Below are positions 50,360 to 61,438 of a DNA stretch of 64,000 nucleotides, in pieces. The position numbers and the translations under genes were made by a program. The notes under the pieces are model-generated. The model made no database searches. It saw only the letters and a program-made list of their open reading frames with translations, and had not been told where the DNA came from. The DNA comes from Eledone cirrhosa (lineage: Eukaryota), in assembly GCA_964016885.1 (NCBI GenBank), contig OZ024740.1, positions 286,564,001-286,628,000 on the forward strand, in the 5' to 3' direction. How positions within the stretch are numbered: position 1 is the stretch's first letter; each line of letters begins with the position of its first letter.

Positions 50360-50790
50360 ATTGGGGTGGCAGACTGGCTGTATCAGTAGAGCATCAGACA
50401 ACATGCTTTGCAACATAATTACAGCCCTTTATGTTCTGAGTTCATATCTTGCCATGGTTGGTTTCGCCTTTCATCCATACGGGGTTGATAAAATAAAGCA
50501 CCAGTAATCCATTGGAGTTGATTTAATTGATCGATTTTCCCTTCTCCCCAAAATTTCTTGGCCTTCTGCCTTAATCAGAAACCATTATTATAAGTGACGG
50601 GCGGTGGATTGGTAGAGGGTCGGACGCCATGCTTTGCAGCATAGAGTTACGGCCCTTTTAGGTCTGAGTTCAAATCCTGCCAAGTATAACTTTGCCCTTC
50701 ATCATTACGGAGTCAATAAAATAAAGTACCAGTAATGCACTGGGATAATTGCTGGCCTTGTGCCAAAAGTAGAAACAATTATTATAAGTG
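50360..50790 (+). mobile_element. Two SINE family 1 copies stacked at one target site
   Basis: attattataagtga appears before, between and after the two copies (50345, 50584, 50778). Confidence 0.9.
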
Positions 50791-52390
50791 ATATGCAGGA
50801 GAGAAGATTATGTTGGTAGAAGATGGCTATTGGGTGAAAAAAAAAACCAGGAGTTCCAAGTCGAAGGAAACCATAGGAAAGAAAGACCTCAGAAAAGGTG
50901 GTGAATGCTGATCTCAGGCTACTGAACCTCATTAAGATGACAAAGGAAAAAAAAACAAGTAGAGAAATGCTGTTCTAGAGAAGACTCAGCCAACCCTAGC
51001 AGAATAAGCAAGCAACATCACAAGTAACTAAGTAATTAATATGAAGATACCTCAGTCAAGGACAACAGAATAAGAACTATCTAGTCCTGTGATTTGTGTT
51101 TGATATTCCGATAATATTACTAAATATGACAGGTACCTGAAGGAGGCAGGAGGGTATAATAGCTGAAATATAATTATAATTACTAAAATGAAGACGCTAG
51201 TCTGTATAAATCAATCTATCATAACAATAGTTGTTAATTTTATACAATCCTTTCTTTATTAGTGTTAAACCAGCTTTGAGAAAATAACTGAAAATATAAA
51301 CAAGGGAAAGTTCTGTTCTGTATTTGACAATGTAGGCTATAAATATTAGAAATATTTTACAGTCTTGGATGGTATGAGATGGAATGGTGGTTGTTTCTGT
51401 TTAGTCGTTTATTTCTTGATCAAGTAGACTTACAATCAAAGTAATGATGTAAAAATTGAGATTTCGTTGAGCAGGTTGGGTAACTATGTAAGAGATCCCT
51501 CTTGGGCTTGGTATCCGTCATTTTTGTGTAGGTATTGAAATGATGAGGACTGAATAAATAGTAAATAAGAGATAGTTTGGGTTTTCCATAATGTAGAAGT
51601 TTCATCACCATCATTATCACCATCATTTAATATTCACTTTCCCTACTAGCAATGGCTTTACAGGTCTTTACAGACCAAGTCAGTACTTAAGTAAATTTAC
51701 CGACCTCCCAGATAGGCTGGGAACCCGTATCTTACTTACATACAGTCCTAAGCTCTACTGAGTGTATTTTAGGGGCCTTACAATCCATTGTTTTGCAAGG
51801 TTTCTATGGCTTGATGCTCTTCCTATCATCAGTCATTTTACAGCATATAATGGGTGCATTTATCATATAGATCACCAATACTAGGGAGATTGTTATGTCC
51901 TTGACACAACTGAAGTGTGTGTCGTCCCCCCCCCCCCCCCCCCCCAATGGCTGGATGCTCTTAAAACAAATATTATATTAGAGATAGAGTAGATAATGTT
52001 TATTTGATTTGGTATGCATTTCTATCTATGTATGTCTTGTTTGAAATATATATATTGCACTGAGTACCATACTTTTTTTGTGTACGGGACACAATATTTT
52101 TACTCCAATTTTGACATCAAAATCTGCCTGTGTACTATACACTGAAAGTATGAATATGATAGTAATAATGGTTTCGAATTTAGGCACAGGGCTAGCAATT
52201 TTGGGGGGGAAGGAAAATCAATTATATTGACCCCAGTGCTTGACTGGTACTTTATTTTAGCAACTTCAGAATGGGAAAATCTGTATATTATACTCATGTG
52301 ATGTATAAGTATGGCTGTTTATTTATATTGGCATGTATAGTTTAGTTTATTTTGATACTGAATAACAATATTGATATTTTTCTTCTAAAA

Positions 52391-52423
<33 letters not shown>

Positions 52424-53811
52424 CAAAATAAGAGGGCTTCTTATATCCTGAAAAATACAGTGACTAATATATGACAGTCCAGAACAGAAAGAAGATAATG
52501 TACAGTTACATGACTTGTAACAGGAATAAGAATATGTAATGGGAATAAAGCCAGTGATATGTGTTGTGGAATGAGATGGTTGTAGCATGTGTTGAGGAAA
52601 GATGAAAGTGACTGGGTGAGAGGAGTTATGGAAATGGAGGTGGAAAAAAGCTAAAGAGGAAGACCAAGAAAGACATTGCTAAAGATGATGGTGGAAGAAA
52701 TGAAAGCCAGGATGTTGGTGAGGGGCTAAAGAGGATGAGGCAAAATAGAGAGGCTTGTCAGTACTCTCCTCTCCTCCCGTAAGGCTAAACACTGCTTTAG
52801 CAGGGCAAATGGCCTTAAAATGCTTGTTGTATGACATTTAACAGAAACTGATAAACAATCACCCCACTTGACATCATGTCATTATTGTGTGTCATAATTT
52901 ACAAATGTAATCCAAGCAACATACCAAAACTATTGGGAACAAAGAAACAAAAAGTACATTTTATTTAGGCCTATTGTTCATTAGAATATATTATATAATA
53001 CACATACACGCATGTGTGCTTGTGTTTGTGTGTAATTTTAGGTGTAGATTTGTGTTGGTTTTGTTGTTTAGTTCTCGTTAAGCCCTAATCAAGCAGACAT
53101 GCTCAAAACCATTCTGGTCATGACTTTTCTGGGAGGTTTTTTTTTTATAGGTATAGTGTATCTAGGACTACATTAGATAGTGTCCTCTAATAGTTTTTCT
53201 GGTTTTGCTATCACACACATTTGCATTACACATTGATTATTCTGTTTAAAAAATCTCTGTAGGATGGTGCATCTCATAAATAGTAAATTATATATTCTGG
53301 TCTGGTCTGGTAAAATGTAAAACGAAACTGATATATATATATGAAAATAAATTACTTGGTTGGGAACCACCCAGAGTATACATCAGCTTATTTTGTATAT
53401 TTTATGAAGTATTGATTTGCAAGTGATAGAAACAAAATTTACAATTTGTGTGGAAACTGGTTACATTAATGTAATTAGTCAATTACTAAAATTAAAACTC
53501 TGGTAGTGATTTGTGATAGTAGAAGAGTTAATGAGAGAAACTTAGGGCAGCCAAGTAAATTTATTATTGGAATGTCCTGTTTAGTATCATATATTTGATA
53601 TCCTTGTACATAGTGATAGACCATAAATATGATTTATTGCTTATTATAGTAATGACTATATATCAGTTAGTTTCTACAATAATATATTATTTGATATCAT
53701 TTACAGTAGGTTTGTTTATACATTGTATATAATATGCAGTATAATACCGATATAATACCAATATAGTACCAATATGTATTACAATAACAATATATTGCCA
53801 ACATGTACTAT

Positions 53812-54012
53812 AATCTGATTTAGGCACAAAGCCAACAATTTTTGGGGAGGGGAAAGTCGATTAAATCAACCCCAGTGCATTACTGGTACTTTATTTTATC
53901 AACCCTATAAGAATAAACGGTAAAGCTAACCTCTTTGAACTCAGAATGTAAAGGGATGTAACTATATACTACAAAGCATGTCTGACGCTCTACCGATACT
54001 GCCAATCCACCA
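53812..54012 (-). mobile_element. SINE family 1 (long-tail) with TSD catgtactataat
   Basis: Family body; the TSD flanks both ends. Confidence 0.85.
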
Positions 54013-54059
54013 TCCTTACCATCATGTACTATAATTCCTGATGTACTACAATACTAATA

Positions 54060-54420
54060 TACAATGCTTCATGGAAGTGAAACTGGGGCACTGTGTGGAA
54101 AGGACTTGCAATGATTGGAAAGAAATGAAGCTCACCTGCTCTGATTGATGTATAATAGTATACACGCACTGAGAGAAAACTGGGTAGAGGTGTGAGATGC
54201 AGTGTGTAAGAGAGGAGATTGCAGTGTTATGGACATGTGATGCGTATGGATGATGACAGCTGTGTAAAAAGGTGCAGGGCTTTCAAAGTTGAAGGAAACT
54301 ATGGAAGAGGAAGACCTAGGAAAGCTTGGAATGATGTGGTAAAAGCTGACCTTGCACAATTAACCCTTTTAAAGGCAATGACACAGATCATTGGCGATAT
54401 GCTGTACCTTTCCATGTGCA
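54060..54420 (+). mobile_element. Old RTE 3' ORF fragment (a second, minus-strand fragment lies at about 54735-55220)
   Basis: Encodes CYGHVMRMDDDSCVKRCRAFKVEGNYGRGRPRKAW. Confidence 0.85.
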
Positions 54421-55702
54421 CACATAAAGCAAATATCTAGAGGATACTAGTCAGCACTCAAGTTAAGTATGATCAAGTAGACATATGATCATATGCATTT
54501 TAGCCATGACCATCCCATTAGTTTAGAGATATATATCACTATATTATTTAATGTCTTGTCTGTACATAAGTAAGGTGTAATTTTAGGGAGATTTAGCTGC
54601 AATTTCTAGCAGGTTGGGGTGCCCTCATTGTTGACTTATATATTGTAATATTTGCACTCTATTGGCTCTAGGTTGGTATGTTATCAATGTATTATTTTAG
54701 ACCTTATATCACTGTATGATCGTTACTTCAATATCATTATCATCATCATCATTTATATGTCTGTTTTTCCATGTTTGCATTGGTAGACAAATCCTCCTCA
54801 GCACAAACACCCTCCCCTTAACTCTTCTGTGTGTGGGGTTCATCATCCTGAGATTCATGTCCACTACTTCTGCTCAGGTCTTTTACAACCTATCACTACC
54901 ACATCTTCCTTTCATTTGGAATTCCTGCAATATTTTCATCCAACAATCATCATTTATATGCATTACATATCTTTACCTGCACTCCACATAAGATTCCTCT
55001 TATATCCAGTTTTTCTCTTAACTTATGTGTTTTGTTATACATCCAGCAGAGCATACCTATTTCATTACTTTCTAACCTTTGAACATTCCTCTGTACTCAG
55101 TGCTCATGAATCACTCATTTGCAGCATTGCACTACATACACAGACATCATACAATCTACCTTTCACTTAAAGAGAGTGAATCCTGCATTGCCAACAAAGG
55201 TAATAACTACTCAAATTTGTTATCACACACACGTGTGTGAAAAAGAAGTTGAAAATGCAATTGGAGTCTTTAAGAAGGTTTATTTACAATAATTTATAAC
55301 TTACCAGTTTCACAAGTTTCATGATTTTCATAAGTTAAGAGAGATGGAGAGATATTGTTAAGTCAGCATAGCCACATATCCGGTAAAAAGTTATTGTAAA
55401 TAAACCTTCTTTTTCCAATCAACTTCTTTTTCCAATATTTTTATCCATGTGGGATATATTAGAAATAACCTTACTTTTGAATATATATACAAAAGATATT
55501 TATTATATTGTCTTTCGATTATTTGGATCAATAAATATTTTAACATCAATGTTGTAACTAATAGACTTTTTAGTTGCATTTGGGGATTTTTTCATTGAGA
55601 TTAGAAAAATGTTAATTTATTCTGTTACTTAACTGAATAGCATTTCCCTGAACCACTTTAAAAGTGGTAAAGCTTACCATTAATTTATGCATAATATCAG
55701 TA

Positions 55703-56838
55703 TTATCTGTGTTCCAGTCAGGTAATTCTATGAAGGCTTAATTTGGATTGGGTTGAAGTTCAGGCTCAAGGAGAAATAAGCTTGAGAAATTGTTGAAAAA
55801 TGAATATAATAACTATATATAATAAATAAATCAATAAACATAATAAATACATAATATAATGCATAAGTAATAATAATGAGTTGAAGTCAGAGAGGAAAGA
55901 AAGAAAAAAACAAGCTATGAAGGAAAGATGCAGAAAGGAAATGAGATGGAAGTAGAGAAAAAAATGTGATGGATAGAAAGAAAGGAGAAAGATAGAAAAG
56001 GGAAGAAAAAATGTTAGGAAATAGAAAGAAGGAATGAAGAAAAATGCAAGGAAAGAAGGTAAAAAGGAAAAAAAAATGTTCATGAATACAAAAATGAAAA
56101 TTACTTCCAACATCAGCACTGCCACATATTTGTGTATGTGTGTTTTAATCTAAACCTCACTGCCTCCCTGCTCAGTATTTGACTGGTACTTTATATCATT
56201 GATCACAGAAGGATGAAAAGCAAAGTTGGTCGTAGTAGGATTTGTGTAAAATACCAAGAGTGAAGCTAAAGCTCTGAATAAGATTTTAGTAATCCTACAT
56301 GAGACTTGTGTGAACTGGCATCTGTACAAACTAAGACACCTGTGTGAACTATATTTATATTAATATATATATAAAATTGTACAATGTCAAAATCAGACAT
56401 CACTGTCGACTTTTTTCCATCTCCAGGCATACATTACCCAATTTGTTCAACTATTATTTATAGCTATCAACTATTATTTACGGTTACAGTTTGCGTACTC
56501 AGGGACTCCGAAGAGGGTTTGGATGGAACAATCTTTGGGCATCCATCCAACACCTCTATTTCTTCTTTTTTTCTTTCTTTCTTTCCTCTCTGACATCAGC
56601 TCATCCGCCGAGGTTAACATTGCCTTTCATCTTTATGAGGTCGATAAAAATGGGGTAATTGCTGGCCTTGTGCTAAAAGTAGAAACAATTATTATTACCT
56701 ATGTATTATATTATATATATGTATTATATTATATTCATCTATTTATCCTGTTTATTGATTTATTATTATGCTTATTGAGCCAGTAACTTCAACCCAATCC
56801 AAATCAATCCTTCATTTACCTGACTGAACAACAGATAA
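55703..56838. repeat. Long imperfect inverted repeat (arms about 55703-55912 and 56560-56838), right arm interrupted by a SINE fragment
   Basis: For example atttggattgggttgaagtt vs aacttcaacccaatccaaat, and tcagagaggaaagaaagaaa vs tttctttctttcctctctga. Confidence 0.85.
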
Positions 56839-57157
56839 CTATTTATAGTTATCAAATATTATCATAGCTATCAACTCTTATTATATTATCTATATTTTCA
56901 AATTTCAAAACATCCTCTCTAAAGTCTATTCTTTAGCTTCATATTTCAGATGCCACTTACCAATAGAAAATCTTTTAATAGCTACAATGGTGAATTCCAA
57001 TTTGTCTTCCATTGCTTCATCTGCACATTTCTTTTTTCTTTTTTTTTCATCATTTGTCTTCAATAAAAATTGAAGTGTAATAAATATATTCAAACAGTAT
57101 TTATTAATTAAATTTAATTAAATTGTAAATGACATTTTAGTTAATATTTTTCACTTC

Positions 57158-57232
<75 letters not shown>

Positions 57233-57574
57233 AAATATATATGTGCGTGTGTATTACATTCACAGTTATGGCTGTCATGATGGAGATAATCTCGAACATA
57301 TGTCCTGTCTTCCAAAATCAGCTCATAGAAAAAATTCAAAGAATAAATCTGAGCATTTAATCATTATAAAATAGTGAAGGACATATATATATATATATAT
57401 ATACACATAAATATCTAATGATATAAATGTATAATAAGACATATCAAATTTTAACAAGAGACAATCTGTATAGAATGTAAGAATATATAGCTCATTACAG
57501 TATCATATTAAAATTTAACAAAAATTTAAGACATAGATACCTGATAAAAATCATATAAATCTCCCTCATATGTA

Positions 57575-57650
57575 TCCTTCATAAAACATGAATACATTTC
57601 ACCAAATATCGGTGAAGTTAGATAATCGATTTTGGATCGTCAGTGAAGGA
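57575..57650 (-). ncRNA. Putative hammerhead-ribozyme-like motif (type I topology, degenerate stem III)
   Basis: Minus strand: TCCTTCA-CTGACGA-t-CCAAAATCG...CGATATTTGG-t-GAAA-tgtattcatgttt-TA-TGAAGGA, with a perfect 7-bp stem I. Confidence 0.5.
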
Positions 57651-58068
57651 ATCGATCTATCTAAACTTACACCCGTTAACATACAGAACTGAAGGCGAAT
57701 AGAAAAGCACATGGTATTATTAAAAAAACCAATGCGTGCAGTCAAAGACCGCAGTGACATGAAAGGCTTCAGGCCAACTAGAAATAGCAGTCTAACCTCT
57801 CAATATATTAAACAGCTCAAACAAATAGGAGCATAAATATATTATATATATTACATTCAAAGTTATGGATGCCATAATTGAGATAATCTCAAACATGTGT
57901 CCTGTCTATATATATATAACTAGCCAAAACCACCGAGCTCAAGATAGATCCTCTACTCTCATTAATATACCCACTCTGCATCTTACCATATATCGAGTAC
58001 TTCTTTGATTTATGGTCTTCCTGGCTCCAGTACGACAGGCTATCAATATATGTGTGTGTGTGTGTGTG

Positions 58069-58108
<40 letters not shown>

Positions 58109-58888
58109 TATATACACAGAATTAAGGATAGTTTTCCAAACAAGAACAGTTAACTAAGGTACTCAATACATTAGCAGGGAAGGTACATATTCACTTCTTA
58201 TAGAAAGGACTAGAACTGTTCAATGCATTTGAAATCACTAGGATGATTTCAAACGAACGAAACCGTTCTAGTTCTTTAGAAGTTACTTCTATATGATATA
58301 TATATATATATCATCACCATCATCATCATTGTTTAGAAGTTACTTCTATATGATATATATATATATATATATATATATCATCACCATCATCATCCATTTT
58401 CCAAGCTAGCATGTGTAGGACGGGCTGTCCCTTTGTGAGAGATCTGGTTGGAGGACAGTGTTTCACACACATAGGGCTTACTTTGGCTTGGATTCTATGA
58501 CTGGATGCCCTTCCTAAAGCCAACCAGGTTTACACACACACACACACACACAAACACACACATGTATATATACTTAAATCTAGTGATGGTACCATCATAA
58601 AATGTACTCTGTACACTCTCATCTAGGAAGGCAGTAACTCCAAATATGAACTGAGTCAAGCGACAGTGACCTATCCAACTCATGCGAGCATGGGAAGTAG
58701 ATGCAAAATAATGATGACAATGACTATATATAGATATGTTGGCACTATGATAAAATACACCCAGTACAACCTGTAAAGTGTTAGTATTGGTGCCAGAATA
58801 AAACACACTCGGTGCACTCTGTAAAGTGGTAGTACTGGCACCATGAAAAACGCACCCAGCACACTCTGTTATGTGGTAGTTAAGTGTG

Positions 58889-59010
<122 letters not shown>

Positions 59011-59829
59011 TATGTGTATGTATATGTATACCCATGCTAGTGTAGAAAATTGGACGTTAAATGATGATGATGATGTATGAGTATATATATGTGGGTGTGT
59101 GTATATATATATATACATATAAGTATATATACATATAAGTATATATACATATATGTATGTATACATATAGACATATATATATATGTGTGTATGTAATGAG
59201 AAAAAGAAAGTATCAGATAGAAATGGCAAGCTAAGAAAGAGAAAAACGAAGGGTGGGTATTATTTCAGTAATTCTTTAGGTGGGTGTACAAAAATGAGAA
59301 TCTATTCTATTATCTCTAGGCAATATTGATTTATCATTGAAATGATTACATATAGACATGTAGAGTATAATTACATACACTGTATTATATAATTTCTTTT
59401 TTTTTTTATCATATTGAGTAGCCTAATTCTACTTTCTACTTTATTTTTTCCCCCATTCAATATCATTTTTTAAATATCTCTTGTATTAGTGAAGGACATA
59501 GAATTATAGGGGTAGTTTAAGTCTGTAAAACCTAGGGATTTTTCTAAAATAAAAAGCTGAATTATTAAATATCATGAAGGCTTGGCTGTGTTGTTAAGTA
59601 GTTTGCTTTGCAGCCTCATCATGGTTCTGGGTTCAGTCTTGCTGTGTGGCACCTTCTACTATAGCCTCTGGTTGACCATAGTCTTGTGAGGGGAATTCGG
59701 TAAGAGGAAACTGCAGAAGCCTGTCATATATGTGTGTGTGTGTCTTCACGTCTGTGTTTACATTTGTGTCTGTGTCCCATAACTTAGCGGTTTGACCAAA
59801 ATGAGATTGATAAACTAATTACCAGATGT

Positions 59830-60910
59830 GATCCCAACCTTATCAATTTTTGGCCTTGAGTTTAACTTGTCCAAATCTGAGAGAATAATTCTGAGCTCTG
59901 ATGAAGCTCAATGTGAAGATGCTGTACTCAGCATTCAGCCCATTCTAACTTAGGTATGTCTAACTCTGAGGGATGATACCTTCATTCACAACTCTCCAAT
60001 ACTCTCGAATGTCACATAAAAATCCCTGGAAACCAAACAAGTTGACCTGGTGAGGATGGCAGACAGATTGCACCTTATTAATGCACATCCCACTCTTTCC
60101 CCCAAGGAACTGTTTCACTCTCCCCAAATTTCTCTTTACATTGTGCAGTACATCTCGTGACCCACACATTGATCACCTCAACAAACTAGACACTACTACT
60201 AATATTACTGCACTGAACTCATTTGCAATGTTAATTTTGATAATTGTTTCTACTTTTGGCACAAGGCCAGCAATTATCCCAGTGTATTGCTGGTACTTTA
60301 TTTTATCAACCCTTGAGGTTCGGTGACTTAGGCCTCCATGCAGCATCTGACCGTGCACTGCCAGCCTATTTACCTTCTATCACCTTCAGTAGTATTCACT
60401 TCAGCAAGGTTCTCTGCAAGATGTCAGAACTGAACAAGGACCAGAAACTTGTGTCAGCTCTGACTGTTTAGGTTGGCTATGGCCTCATTGTTCCTCAGTA
60501 TGCAGGATACCAATACAACTGAGATGACATCAAATGCAGATCAGACTTCATGAAGATCGAGTCTTCCTTGGATCAACACCATCTTGCCTTCCTCCATTTT
60601 ACCTCACAACCAAACAGGGATGCATGGCTCAATTCTGTGCCCTCCTTATCAACTAGTTCCGTTCTTGATAATGAGTGCACTCACATCAGAGTGGCCCTGC
60701 ACCTTGGCCTCCACATGTGTGAGCTACACAAATTCCATTGTGGTTGACAAGTTCAGACTACATCTGCTCTCTTGTTGCTACAGTGCAGGTTGGTTCCCTC
60801 CGTTCACCATCTTGGACATTATCAGAAGTAGCCTTGATACAGCCGATTTCCCATTACAACTGGAGCCTGCTGGCCTTGACTCTGGTGATGGTAAAGACAC
60901 AAATACCAAG
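59830..60910 (+). mobile_element. Decayed CRE-like non-LTR retrotransposon relic (RT end, Zn knuckle, start of restriction-like endonuclease), interrupted by a SINE at 60240-60312
   Basis: Across frames: RNCFTLPKFLFTL, RFGDLGLHAASDRALPAYL, DAWLNSVPS...LDNE..IRVALHLGLHMCELHKFHCG, HLLSCCYSAG..P..LDIIRSSLDTADFPLQLEPAGLDSGDGK. Confidence 0.75.
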
Positions 60911-61251
60911 CTCTATCGGCCCTTGAACGGCATTGGTGGTGTGGCGAATGGAAACTTGCATGCAAGAAAACTGCTGGTCTTCCATAAAAAACCTTGCCCA
61001 AGCTTGTGCTTTAGAGAGGAATTTTCTGGTTGCAGGTCCATAATTTCATGTGACATACAGAGACCTCAGGGGAAAAAAATTATTTAATTTTGTATTTTTG
61101 TGTATTCATGAAAATGGCTGTTGTATTAAACAATTAACCTTTGGCAGAATAGAATGGATAGACCTACTATTTGGTAGCTCAATCTACTAGAAATAGCAGC
61201 TAAACTTTTCATATCACACTCCACCATTTTTAATGTAAGGACATATTGAAT

Positions 61252-61438
61252 ATAATTGTTTCTACTTTTGGCACAAGGCCAGCAATTACCCAGTGCATTA
61301 CCGGTACTTTATTTTATCGACCCCATAAGGAAGGATGAAAGGCAAAGTTAACCTCGGCAGGATTTGAACTCAGATCATAAAGGGACGTAACTCTATGCTG
61401 CAAAGCATGGCGTCCGACCCTCTACCGATACTGCCAAT
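61252..61438 (-). mobile_element. SINE family 1 copy with TSD catattgaatataat
   Basis: Family body with a 4-bp internal duplication (aaggaagg); the TSD flanks both ends. Confidence 0.9.

Noticed and set aside
57609-57675. Pre-miRNA interpretation of the ~66-nt hairpin
   Set aside because: All four bulges are on one arm, I recognise no miRNA seed, and the overlap with a hammerhead-like core is a better explanation. Not excluded without small-RNA data.
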